In this document: positions 29,851 to 39,362 of the stretch, one piece after another
Numbering within the stretch: the stretch's first letter is position 1
How the letters are laid out: the number at the start of each line of letters is the position of its first letter
Virus record (IMG/VR): IMGVR_UViG_3300035204_001594
Span: 1-64,000 of that record
Direction: 5' to 3' (one strand)
Source: a virus
DNA length: 64,000 bases
The notes under the pieces: model-generated
Told to the model about the DNA's origin: nothing
Databases searched by the model: none
Seen by the model: only the letters and a program-made list of their open reading frames with translations
Position numbers and translations under genes: made by a program

Positions 29851-30947
29851 TATCCGACTCCTAGCTTTTTACGTAATTGTTCTGAGGCATGCTCTGCCCC
29901 AGACTCCAACACTTCGTTTAAAAAGGACCTTAAATCTTTATCCTCATCGCTAACAACATTTTTAACTATCTCTTTTGTGTCTACAATCCCTGACTCTAGA
30001 GATAACCTTTCCACTTCCATAACTGTTCGTGAAGGTTTTAGTCTAACAAAAAGATGGGCGTTTTGCTTAAGAATTTCCAGCTCTTTATCAAAATTATCCT
30101 CTGCGTATATATCTACATGTACTCGAGGCTTCTGTATGCCTGCGTACCCGGGGGTATCCGCTTTCAGCACCTCGGATAGCAGGGATGCCATATCCTTACC
30201 GTTATATATATTTGCCTTAAAAAAGGGCCTAGTCTGTAGAGGAACGTTGGTAACGGTTAAATCTGAGTCTATCCGAAAGAAGACTTTATCTGCGGGTTCA
30301 TTAGACCTGTGCATCCACATAGATCCTGGGTAATGGAAGTGAGTGGAATGCTCGGCTCCTACGAAGTGCATAGTTTGGTGAATGTCTCCCATAAGGCACA
30401 ACTTACACTTACCGTCGAACCAATTTAGGTCATAATCTCCTAAGTCTACCGCGGCCTCGGATAGGCCTAGTTCGGCCACAGCTTGGTCGGCGAATCCGTG
30501 AAGAATAAGTATATCTGAGTACCGCTCATTACCGTTCGTACTCATCCATTCTTCCCACTCCCTTCTCGGCCGCCAGTTGTACCCTGTGACATCGAAGTCA
30601 CCGAATAGAAAGGATTCCCCTTCTAGGTTGGTGGCCACACCGGCTTCTCCTCCCTCTAGCTCTAATCTACGGAATCCTCGTTCGTGGTTTCCGTCTATGT
30701 AGTACACAGGCGCTTGACATTTTCTTAAAATTTGTCTTAATTTGATTACATGATCGTCTCCTATACGAGGGGAGTCCACTTGGTCTCCCCCTAGTATAAG
30801 AGCTTCACAAGGCACATCAGGAGAGTTACAGTAATCCACAACCTGCTCCAGGGCGACTAGATCGTCCCCCTTAAGCTCCTGGTTGTGTTTGTACACTGAT
30901 TCTCTAGCCTGTAGGTCTGCGCAAAACACGAGACAGCTATTCGTCAT
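29850..30947 (-). CDS. Mre11/SbcD-like metallophosphoesterase nuclease (gp47-like)
   Basis: ADLQ, GGDQVD, DGNHE, ILHG, GDIH, YPGS; one gene away from the Rad50-like gene. Confidence 0.88.
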   Translation of the reverse strand: MTNSCLVFCADLQARESVYKHNQELKGDDLVALEQVVDYCNSPDVPCEALILGGDQVDSPRIGDDHVIKLRQILRKCQAPVYYIDGNHERGFRRLELEGGEAGVATNLEGESFLFGDFDVTGYNWRPRREWEEWMSTNGNERYSDILILHGFADQAVAELGLSEAAVDLGDYDLNWFDGKCKLCLMGDIHQTMHFVGAEHSTHFHYPGSMWMHRSNEPADKVFFRIDSDLTVTNVPLQTRPFFKANIYNGKDMASLLSEVLKADTPGYAGIQKPRVHVDIYAEDNFDKELEILKQNAHLFVRLKPSRTVMEVERLSLESGIVDTKEIVKNVVSDEDKDLRSFLNEVLESGAEHASEQLRKKLGVG

Positions 30948-31255
30948 TCAAACGGTCCTATGAATTTTCGGGAGTATAAAACGAGGCTTACACAACAAGA
31001 TACACACCAAGTTATAAGCCATCGGTCAGGACCCCACACTAGAATAAGCGCAGGTACACTCACTGTAAGTAGTGATGTGTGGTAAGTTAAACAAATAGGG
31101 CAGGCAATGAGTCTTTTTATAAAGGTATCGCTCATCTCTGCCCATGCGATTAAGTTTTCAAAAATAGAGGTGTGGTGTATGGTCCACACCATAAAATACG
31201 AAACGAGCCCGTATAAAAGCCCGTTTAAAAATAAACTGATTATTTCCATGTTCAC
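30944..31255 (-). CDS. small membrane protein with CPxC motif (DUF1360-like)
   Basis: Three hydrophobic stretches and LIACPICLTYH. Confidence 0.6.
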   Translation of the reverse strand: MNMEIISLFLNGLLYGLVSYFMVWTIHHTSIFENLIAWAEMSDTFIKRLIACPICLTYHTSLLTVSVPALILVWGPDRWLITWCVSCCVSLVLYSRKFIGPFE

Positions 31256-31268
31256 TCTTTATTACTGA

Positions 31269-31415
31269 TTAGGATTGATTTAGTACCCTGCTGGCGGCGA
31301 ACCCGCAAGCTAGGACACAAACTAAGCCTAACCAAAACGATATGTAAAATACAAATACGGTGGTCCCCACTAAAAAGGCTAAATCTGAAAATGTAGATTG
31401 ATCGTCACTGATCAC
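31269..31415 (-). CDS. 48-aa membrane peptide not in the ORF track
   Basis: GAGGAG RBS, GTG start, translation MISDDQSTFSDLAFLVGTTVFVFYISFWLGLVCVLACGFAASRVLNQS. Confidence 0.6.
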   Translation of the reverse strand: MISDDQSTFSDLAFLVGTTVFVFYISFWLGLVCVLACGFAASRVLNQS

Positions 31416-31472
31416 GGTTCTCCTCATCTCGAACATATACCCAACACGAATAACGGTAAATTTTATGTCTAG

Positions 31473-31506
31473 GGGAGTTTTATAGGGGTTCTACGGGAGT
31501 TTTATA
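31473..31506. repeat. 12-bp direct repeat GGGAGTTTTATA x2, 22-bp period
   Basis: Exact copies at 31473-31484 and 31495-31506, near the head of the replication block. Confidence 0.7.
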
Positions 31507-31747
31507 ATAGTGGTTTTTGTTTTTTAGGATGAGCTTGGTCTGAGTCGCTATGGGCGGGCTCTCTTGGGTCTATAGGATCCGGTGTAATGGTAGTGCTTTC
31601 TTTCGTTTGGTACAGGGTGTCTAGATCCCCAACGCTCTTAACAGGCATATTACCTGTGGGTTCTGTTGAGGCGTCCGCACCCATCATATTCCTGCGTCTG
31701 AGGAATGCGTCCGGGCTTGTTGATTTTACTGAGTCGGGGGTTGTCAT
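31502..31747 (-). CDS. hypothetical protein
   Basis: 81 aa, 4-bp overlap with the upstream ORF. Confidence 0.5.
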   Translation of the reverse strand: MTTPDSVKSTSPDAFLRRRNMMGADASTEPTGNMPVKSVGDLDTLYQTKESTTITPDPIDPREPAHSDSDQAHPKKQKPLL

Positions 31748-31965
31748 TGTGAGGAGTCATCCGATTCTGCTATGGGAGCCGATGTCTCGAGCTCCCGGGT
31801 TATAGAGGCTATCGCTACCGTAAAGCAGTCTTTACAGCACCGCATAATAGCCTCCATTATAGCACAGAGGTGTTTCCCCACGTATAATATAACTACTATT
31901 AACTGTAAAAGTAGTCTATATAAAGTTGCTAAGTATTGAGTTTTGGTGGATAATTCTGTATCCAT
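31744..31965 (-). CDS. hypothetical protein with one hydrophobic segment
   Basis: 73 aa, divergent from the terminase gene. Confidence 0.5.
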   Translation of the reverse strand: MDTELSTKTQYLATLYRLLLQLIVVILYVGKHLCAIMEAIMRCCKDCFTVAIASITRELETSAPIAESDDSSQ

Positions 31966-31991
31966 ATAGGTTATAGTTCTCCTAGGTATTT

Positions 31992-34982
31992 ATGGCAGAT
32001 TCAAAAAAAGAAAAATTTAAAGAAGAAGGTAAGTCGGTTTCATCCTTTATCGATCAATTACCCGACTGGGCAAAAGATACGGTTCAGTCCTGTCAGCACT
32101 ACAGAGACATAGATAAGATCGACGATAAAGTATTTTCCCTACCTACAGATCAGGTAAAGGCGCTAAACGATGCTATTCCGGAGGGTCTGTACGAATCTTT
32201 CGTTAAACAGATGGTGTCCCAGAAAAAGTGGGACGAGTCCCCTATAAAGTTAACGTCAATGTTGAGGCTAAACGGCAAGCCCTTCACGCTGTCTAAGCAT
32301 AGGTTTTTTGAACCCATGTTTTACTCAGATCTACCCCCCAGGATGCTTTTGGTCTGCGCTCGGCAGGTGGGTAAGGCGCTGGCGTTAAGTACGCCTATCC
32401 CTACACCTACAGGTACTGCCTGTATAGAAAGCCTTCGAGTAGGGGACTTTGTACTAGGCCCGGATGGGGAGCCCACAGAAGTTATAGCGACATCCGATGT
32501 AATACCTGACGCAACAGCCTACAAAGTGTGTTTTAATGACGGTACTTCAGTATCCGCTTGCGAGGATCACCAATGGACCGTATATCAATCTGTTAAAAGG
32601 CGCGGAGGCAACGAGAAAGACTACCTAGAGTGGAGAGAGCAGACCTTAACTACCAAACAGTTATCTGATAGGGGTTTACGTAAACCCGGAGGTGAGTATA
32701 GATTTTCACTACCTCAAGTACACCCTGTTCAACTTCCCGAAGCGGACCTGCCCATAGAGCCTTACGCTTTTGGGGTTTGGTTGGGCGACGGTCACTCAGC
32801 AGGGGGAAGAGTATCCTCCAGTGTTGAAGACTCAGCTATATCTGACAGAATTAAAGAATCTTATAAGGTATCTGGCCCAAATTTGATACCCTCCTCCTCA
32901 AAAGCTACATGGTTCTCAATACACGGCATAAGAAAGCACTTGGTAGCTCTAAGTGTATTTAATAATAAACACATACCCCTCGCATACTTACGCTCCAGCC
33001 TTATCCAGAGGCAGGCGCTTCTACAAGGAATTATGGATACCGATGGAACTGTTTCTAAAAAGGGGCTGTGTAGTGTGGGCTTCTCCAATAAACGTCTCGC
33101 AGATGATACGGCCCAATTACTAAACAGTTTGGGCTTTATTGTAAAGAGGCGGACTAAGCAACCTAACTACCCTGGATCCAAACTTCACTACCTGATGAGC
33201 TTTACAGCTAGAGCAGACTTCCCTGTATTTCATCTACCTCGAAAATTTGCTAGACAGAAAACAAAAGAAGAGGCTAGAGGTAAACCTCGCCAAACCCTAC
33301 ATAAGAAAATTACATCCATCGAGCCTGTAGATTCGCAGCCTATGTGCTGTATAGAGGTATCTAATGAAGATAACCTATATCTGTGTGGAGAAGGGTGGAT
33401 TCCTACGCATAACAGCACCCACATGGCAGCACAGGGTGTACTACAGGCAGCTGCACTAGATCGATTTAAGGTTCTGTTCTTGGCTCCGCAGTTCGAGCAA
33501 ATTAGAAGGTTTTCTCATCAATATATAAAGCAGTTTGTTCAAGAATCGTTTTTAAAGGACATGATCACAGACCGAACCACTATGGATTCTGTGCTTCAAA
33601 AGACTTTTAAAAACAAGTCAGAGCTATTCTTTTCCTTTGCTTTACTTAGCGTAGAGAGGGTTAGGGGTTTGGCAGTAGACGCTATACGGCTGGATGAGAT
33701 TCAGGACCTTCAACCAGACTTTCTCGATATTATTCGTGAATGTATGTCAGCTTCGTCTAGGCGGTCTGAGATGTACACAGGTACTAGTAAAACTGTAGAT
33801 AACCTAATAGAGCAACTAAGGCTCCAGTCTTCTCAAGCAGAATGGTTTATGAAGTGCGAGGCCTGCAATCACTGGAACATCCCTACCGTAGAGGGCTCAG
33901 GCCCAGGCTTAGGAGTAGGGGCCATGTTAGGACCAGAAGGTCTTTGCTGTGCCAAATGTAAACGATTAATTAACCCTGAAAAGGGAGTGTGGATACACAA
34001 GTTCCCGGAGCGTGTGGGTTTCTTCCCCAGTTACCATATTCCTCAAGTTGTAGCCCCTATACATTACGCCAATCAGAAAAACTGGAAATCTCTACTCTAT
34101 AAAAAGGAAGAGATGGCTCCCGCCAGATTTATTAATGAAATTTTAGGGGAAGCGTGTGACGAGGGGCAGCGCTTAGTTAGTAAAACGGAACTAGAAACGG
34201 CGTCCTGCCTTAACGTAAACACCTTGGAAGAGGCTTTGAAGGTCAGGGGCAGATATACCGACGTCATACTGGGGGTAGACTGGGGCGGTAAGGGAGAACG
34301 TATGCAATCCTTTACAGCAGTGGCTGCCATGGGTCTGAGACCCGACAGTAATCGACTCGAGGTATTCTTTGCAAAGGTATACCCTGCACTTATGGATCCC
34401 GTAGAAGAGACTAAAAGTGTGGTGGGTTTATTCTCTGCCTTAAAGGGTAGTGGTATCGCACACGATGTGGCCGTAGCGGGCGAGATTCGCCGTAGTCTTA
34501 TGCGTGAAATAGGCCTTAATGAGCAGAACCTATTTAACTGTAGGTACTCGCCGGGAATGATTTCAAAGCACTTTATAGAATTTAAACCCGCTAGCGACGT
34601 TAATCCCGTTAGTTACTACAATATCGATAGAAATAGGTTACTAGCTGCCGTGTGTCTATCTATAAAAGGCAAACAATTGCTTTTTCCCGACTATGAATCC
34701 ATGGGTAATGAAGCGGGTAAGAACATCATGGACCATTTTTTAGCCATCTACGAAGAGACAACCGAAACTGCTCACGGCAGGGAGCAGAAATTCATTAAAC
34801 GTAACCCCGGTATGCCTGACGACTTCTTACATGCCTGCGGTTTCGCATGCGCTACTATGTGGTCTCGTTACGAGCATACCATGCCTCGTCTAGATGAGGT
34901 GTTTATGGACCCTATGACGTCAGAGGAGATCGATTTAATAGAGCCTCCGCGTTTTGATAGCAATGATTTTTGGGCGGATTAG
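31992..34982 (+). CDS. terL: terminase large subunit (GpA-like) interrupted by an intein
   Basis: Spliced Walker A ARQVGK|ST, Walker B RLDEIQD, YTGT, Zn ribbon CEAC..CAKC, nuclease GVDWG and PDDFLHA. Confidence 0.9.
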   Translation: MADSKKEKFKEEGKSVSSFIDQLPDWAKDTVQSCQHYRDIDKIDDKVFSLPTDQVKALNDAIPEGLYESFVKQMVSQKKWDESPIKLTSMLRLNGKPFTLSKHRFFEPMFYSDLPPRMLLVCARQVGKALALSTPIPTPTGTACIESLRVGDFVLGPDGEPTEVIATSDVIPDATAYKVCFNDGTSVSACEDHQWTVYQSVKRRGGNEKDYLEWREQTLTTKQLSDRGLRKPGGEYRFSLPQVHPVQLPEADLPIEPYAFGVWLGDGHSAGGRVSSSVEDSAISDRIKESYKVSGPNLIPSSSKATWFSIHGIRKHLVALSVFNNKHIPLAYLRSSLIQRQALLQGIMDTDGTVSKKGLCSVGFSNKRLADDTAQLLNSLGFIVKRRTKQPNYPGSKLHYLMSFTARADFPVFHLPRKFARQKTKEEARGKPRQTLHKKITSIEPVDSQPMCCIEVSNEDNLYLCGEGWIPTHNSTHMAAQGVLQAAALDRFKVLFLAPQFEQIRRFSHQYIKQFVQESFLKDMITDRTTMDSVLQKTFKNKSELFFSFALLSVERVRGLAVDAIRLDEIQDLQPDFLDIIRECMSASSRRSEMYTGTSKTVDNLIEQLRLQSSQAEWFMKCEACNHWNIPTVEGSGPGLGVGAMLGPEGLCCAKCKRLINPEKGVWIHKFPERVGFFPSYHIPQVVAPIHYANQKNWKSLLYKKEEMAPARFINEILGEACDEGQRLVSKTELETASCLNVNTLEEALKVRGRYTDVILGVDWGGKGERMQSFTAVAAMGLRPDSNRLEVFFAKVYPALMDPVEETKSVVGLFSALKGSGIAHDVAVAGEIRRSLMREIGLNEQNLFNCRYSPGMISKHFIEFKPASDVNPVSYYNIDRNRLLAAVCLSIKGKQLLFPDYESMGNEAGKNIMDHFLAIYEETTETAHGREQKFIKRNPGMPDDFLHACGFACATMWSRYEHTMPRLDEVFMDPMTSEEIDLIEPPRFDSNDFWAD
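32376..33413 (+). mobile_element. class 3 intein with LAGLIDADG homing endonuclease (346 aa)
   Basis: Starts ALALSTPIP (Ala1), ends PTHN followed by Ser+1; WCT signature CEDHQW / PMCCIEV / THN; LAGLIDADG-type motifs FGVWLGDG and LQGIMDTDG. Confidence 0.92.
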
Positions 34983-35028
34983 ATCCTAAATAGCTAAACT
35001 TTTAGGGGGGCGGCACCTACTAACTTAA

Positions 35029-35062
35029 CTTATGGTCAGGAAGGGCCGAGCCTGACCATAAG
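35029..35062. terminator. perfect 12-bp inverted repeat between convergent genes
   Basis: CTTATGGTCAGG, 10-nt loop, CCTGACCATAAG; no clear U tract. Confidence 0.55.
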
Positions 35063-35139
35063 AGGGGGGTGTTAAGATAAATATAGAGAAAAATAGGTAT
35101 AAAAAGACGGCCTGCAGTACTAAAGCTTACCATCATTTA

Positions 35140-35168
35140 ATTATAACACACCAGAAACCCTATTTTAA
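35140..35168 (-). promoter_or_regulatory. extended -10 promoter facing the terminase 3' end
   Basis: TG-T-TATAAT (35148-35140) with TTAAAA 17 nt upstream of the hexamer. Confidence 0.45.
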
Positions 35169-37880
35169 CGACTCTTTTGCGTAAGTTTGATTCCGAATAC
35201 CCTGAGTGTGCCTGAGGCGTCTAACGGCGTGTACTAGCCTCTGCCATACCTTAAAAGACCCCTTATATTTCACCTCTGCAGAGTCTTCTACTGCCTCAAA
35301 CCCAAAGGTTTTAAGCTGATTTCGAATGTCCCACCTCCTAGCGTACAGGCGTGCTCTACGAGCAGTTTTATGTATTAGGTTTATGTTAATAATCACCTCA
35401 TCTCGGTCTTCACAAACCTTAACTTCTGCTCTTGTACCCAAAATACCCTGCTCAGACATCTCATCTAACATATTTATAAAGCAGGCTAACTCGGATCGAG
35501 AGTTAATATAGCCTCTATGGGAAGTTATCCTCCTAGCTCTCTCTATAGTCTGGTCCCCTACCTCTACATTACGGGCAATTTCCGCACACCCTTCAAAAGA
35601 ATCCTCTAAGCTCTGTGGTTGAGTGATTAACATATACTGTAATATCGAGGGGATAGCGACCTCGGTTCCCGCCAGTATAGTGTCGCCCCCTAAAGGCTTC
35701 TCTTCGGCACGAATAAATACCCAATCGGGATCTGGCCCCATAGAACCGGCGTACAGCGGATCTGCCAGTAAAAGCGTGTTAGGGCTTTCTGTTTTATCAA
35801 TCCAGTTTCTTAGGCCTGTCTTCTGGCACCTTAAACCATCTACCGCTAAAGGTAGATCGTGCTCCCCAGACTCAAAAGCCCTTTTATTGGCTGTAAATGT
35901 ATTTAGGTTGCTTTTTAGCAAATCCATATCGTACCTGAATATATTGAACAGGTGTTCGGCTAGTGAGCCTTTATCCCCTACTAAAACTACTCCGGTAGAC
36001 GGCTTGCCTTGTACCTTAGAAAAGATGGCATACATCAGAGATGCTACGGCAGCCCAATAACCTACGCATTCATAGTGAGGGGTTAGCCAACTCTTTAACA
36101 TAGAGGGGTTAAACTCTAACTCACTTCTAGGCCCTTTCTCTAACTGGCAGCCTACTTTGTTTCCTGGTAGATCAGGTGCAGGGTATACGTACTGACCCCC
36201 TGCCTCTATACTGGATGAGCTAATTAGAGTTTGAGGTAGGTAGAACTTACCTGTAAGGCTATCAAACCCTACAGTGTCTCTCACTTTTACCACCTCTGGA
36301 GGCCTAAATAACTCAGCCGCTTTAATTAGGTTTTGCCTTCCCCAGTCTGATATGTAGGGTAGTACCTCTACTCCAGCATGGGCGCATATTAACTCCACGT
36401 AATCTCTCGGATTCTTTTGCAGCTCCCTGGCACTTACTACGAACTGAATCTTAAGGTTTTTGTACAAAATATGCCCCGCGTAGCTACTGGCGCTTAAGTC
36501 GTAGTTTCTGTACACGGTCTCTATTACGAGGATTACTTCCGATACCACTTCATCCATATCCTCCCGTCGATGCCTTCGGTTTCGAGCCCACCACTTCCCT
36601 TGCTTTTCGTATATTAAGTTTCCCTTAATCTGTATGGTTTCCTGGAAATCTATATCCTCAAACAGATTAGTTAAACGCCTTTTTTGGTAACTTAAGCACT
36701 TAGACAGCAACAGATACTTTGTCTGTACAGTAGGGCTTAGCCTCTCTAAATACTCGGGGGCCTTTGTTTTTTTACTGAAAATAGTATCGATACAGTATTT
36801 TAAGGTAGACCTTCTTCCTCGGGTGGACTCTAGGGACCTAACTACCTTAGGGCCTATGGTGTCCTCCCACGCAGCCATCCGTTTTTTATCAGTAACCCAT
36901 ATAGGCGGACAATCTATTGGAATTATTTGACTGTTTCCTGCCACCAGATACCTACGCAACTCTTCTGGTGGGGGATCGTCGTGCCAATATACTAGTGTTC
37001 CGTATAGAGAGCCCCAGTCCACAATTTGGCTAGAGTGAGGGGATACTATGGTAGGAAACTTTACCCCCTCTATGCCACCCTTCAGCATAGTTCGTAGGAT
37101 TTGAATAGGGCTGTCGACTGCAAAAGTCGCCTTAGCCTTAACAAAACTATTTGTTAAGTTAAAGAATCCTCCAAAATAGTCCGGCAGGGTTGAGATGTAG
37201 TGAATATGATCGTTACTCCCCAACAGGGCGAAGCCGGTTATAAACCCCGGCACCCAGTAATAAGGCATAACAAGCATTCTGATAAAGGGCTGCCTTCGTA
37301 TCCCTAAGGGCTCCTCCCCTAGTATTTCGGTTAATTGACCCCTATGGACCATTCCAACAGAATTAGCCATGTGCTTATTAAACGTATTTTGGTCTCTCCA
37401 CAGGCCTAGGTCATATAGGCGGCGGGCGTGATAATTCTGCCCGTAGTTAGAGGCGTTACGTTTGGCGGCCTTCCATAACTTTTCCACCCCTTGATAATAC
37501 CCCCTATAAAAATCGTAGTATAGCTCCCAATCCTCATCAAACGACCCCCCGCTCCTAAACTCCTCCTCTAAGGCATCCCTCAGCTTAGCAAACGACTTGA
37601 TTCTGTATACCTGCTCGTATACTCGTATAGGATCTCCCGTAAGGCCGCAGCTTTCGCAGTTTAACCATCCGCCAAACGGCATAATTCCATGAATCCAGCA
37701 AGTTTCCCTACACTTAGGGCACGCCACCGCTGTAGGCGGGTTCTTCTTGTTGCAGGTTATCCCTAATACGTTTAAAATATGTATGTAACTATACTTCTGA
37801 AAAAATTTCTGAGAAGGAATTCCACTTATGGTGCTTACTACGGACATTACTGATGACATTTCCAAAACTATGTACGCCAA
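35160..37880 (-). CDS. large hypothetical protein with N-terminal primase-type Zn ribbon (start uncertain)
   Basis: ACPKC..LNCESCGLTGD; possible degenerate P-loop VVLVGDKGS; 5' end overlaps the divergent gene. Confidence 0.55.
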   Translation of the reverse strand: MAYIVLEMSSVMSVVSTISGIPSQKFFQKYSYIHILNVLGITCNKKNPPTAVACPKCRETCWIHGIMPFGGWLNCESCGLTGDPIRVYEQVYRIKSFAKLRDALEEEFRSGGSFDEDWELYYDFYRGYYQGVEKLWKAAKRNASNYGQNYHARRLYDLGLWRDQNTFNKHMANSVGMVHRGQLTEILGEEPLGIRRQPFIRMLVMPYYWVPGFITGFALLGSNDHIHYISTLPDYFGGFFNLTNSFVKAKATFAVDSPIQILRTMLKGGIEGVKFPTIVSPHSSQIVDWGSLYGTLVYWHDDPPPEELRRYLVAGNSQIIPIDCPPIWVTDKKRMAAWEDTIGPKVVRSLESTRGRRSTLKYCIDTIFSKKTKAPEYLERLSPTVQTKYLLLSKCLSYQKRRLTNLFEDIDFQETIQIKGNLIYEKQGKWWARNRRHRREDMDEVVSEVILVIETVYRNYDLSASSYAGHILYKNLKIQFVVSARELQKNPRDYVELICAHAGVEVLPYISDWGRQNLIKAAELFRPPEVVKVRDTVGFDSLTGKFYLPQTLISSSSIEAGGQYVYPAPDLPGNKVGCQLEKGPRSELEFNPSMLKSWLTPHYECVGYWAAVASLMYAIFSKVQGKPSTGVVLVGDKGSLAEHLFNIFRYDMDLLKSNLNTFTANKRAFESGEHDLPLAVDGLRCQKTGLRNWIDKTESPNTLLLADPLYAGSMGPDPDWVFIRAEEKPLGGDTILAGTEVAIPSILQYMLITQPQSLEDSFEGCAEIARNVEVGDQTIERARRITSHRGYINSRSELACFINMLDEMSEQGILGTRAEVKVCEDRDEVIININLIHKTARRARLYARRWDIRNQLKTFGFEAVEDSAEVKYKGSFKVWQRLVHAVRRLRHTQGIRNQTYAKESLK

Positions 37881-38922
37881 TCTTATCGATAAGGTTGACG
37901 TACCAGACTACGTAAAATCAGCTGAAGTTGAGACGGAAAAGAGTGTTAAGCACTTAGATCCCAGGGCTTTCGCCGATACTATCCAATGTAAGCTACCCCT
38001 TAATACTAAGGCGAGCTGTTGGACTTCTGCTTTATATTTGTACGGCCATCCGGACAATAATGCAAGTTCTAGGCCCAGTCGAATTGAAACAAATCTGTTT
38101 AAGCATGCAGAAATATGGGGGATAGAAGAAGATATTAACCTTATTAAGCAAGCATTTGCTCCTGTAGATACCCCTGTCGAGTATGCCCTATCTTTCGACC
38201 ATAGAGGTACTCGGATAGATAGATGCCCTTGCCATACCCCTGAATTAGCCAAAAAATCATGTGACTGGTTACAAGACCACCGAAACCATTTTCCAATTAA
38301 TGCACAGATTAAAGCTGCGCATATTTTAATAAATAAAGCGGGTGGTTATGATTCAGTCCCTGATGCTAGCCGTGATTATTTAGGCGCTCTTTCCGAAGCG
38401 GATACATTCGCTACAGCGCCTAATATAACCATAGCTGGAGCTATAAAAGAGAGGCTGGTTTCCGTTAAAAAATCTCAGTGGGGGGACCTAGGCAACGAGT
38501 TACTAAAAGTAGCTAACGATCTTACTGAAAACCCTTATAGCCTGGTTAAGGGCGCTAAAACTATACAAGACGCCTTAGAGGCTTTTGATGTTCAGTTTAA
38601 TTTGCAGCAGAAATGGGGAGAATCTTTAACTCACCCTGTCGATGCGTGTTTTACCGTTACTAGACAAAAAGCAGCGAAAGCTACAGCAGGGCTTGTTAAG
38701 CTTATGAACGGTAACTACTTTGATCTAAATAAGGCTGCCTTATCAGACCTTGAAACAGGTTTAAAGCAAGCTGGTGATGATTTCTTAGCTTACGCCAAGC
38801 CTGATGGTCTAAATTTAGATATAGATAAAGTTAAAGAAATACTACCTACTATTCCCGCCCCTGATGCAAATCGGTTTCAAAGGGCATTTCCTACAACTAC
38901 CTTTAATGAGGACATACTGTGA
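37828..38922 (+). CDS. hypothetical protein (probable virion/head-related)
   Basis: 364 aa, first of a three-gene plus-strand unit. Confidence 0.6.
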   Translation: MVLTTDITDDISKTMYANLIDKVDVPDYVKSAEVETEKSVKHLDPRAFADTIQCKLPLNTKASCWTSALYLYGHPDNNASSRPSRIETNLFKHAEIWGIEEDINLIKQAFAPVDTPVEYALSFDHRGTRIDRCPCHTPELAKKSCDWLQDHRNHFPINAQIKAAHILINKAGGYDSVPDASRDYLGALSEADTFATAPNITIAGAIKERLVSVKKSQWGDLGNELLKVANDLTENPYSLVKGAKTIQDALEAFDVQFNLQQKWGESLTHPVDACFTVTRQKAAKATAGLVKLMNGNYFDLNKAALSDLETGLKQAGDDFLAYAKPDGLNLDIDKVKEILPTIPAPDANRFQRAFPTTTFNEDIL

Positions 38923-39359
38923 AAGACAACCTAAAAACATTTTATGCTGTGAAAACAGCTACCATCAATGAATTACTCTATTCAAATACCAAAGAAGCTG
39001 CTATTAAACGAGCTACGCTTAGCGAAGAGGAGTTAGCGGCTCTAGTCCTTCTTGCTAAACAGCAAGAAGAGGCTGGCAAAAAGAAGAAAGGCCCTGGTTA
39101 CGGAAAACGCTTCCGCAGAGGCGCCTTAGCGGGCGGTCTATACGGCGGTTTGCTGGGAGCACCCTATGGCGGCCTAGTAGGAGGTGTACTAGGGCATGAC
39201 ATGCCCGGGGGCCTTAATGCCACAGGCGGAGCACTTTTAGGCGCAGGTATTGGTGGCTTAGGCGGCGCAGGTCTTGGCGCACTGGGCGGAGGCCTCGGCA
39301 ATATGCTTAAAGCTTACCTACAGGGTGACTTATACGACGCTATTTACGACTCAAAGTAA
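38919..39359 (+). CDS. glycine-zipper protein
   Basis: Many GxxxG repeats (GALAGGLYGGLLG...GAGIGGLGGAGLGALGGGLG). Confidence 0.7.
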   Translation: MKDNLKTFYAVKTATINELLYSNTKEAAIKRATLSEEELAALVLLAKQQEEAGKKKKGPGYGKRFRRGALAGGLYGGLLGAPYGGLVGGVLGHDMPGGLNATGGALLGAGIGGLGGAGLGALGGGLGNMLKAYLQGDLYDAIYDSK

Positions 39360-39362
39360 TCT

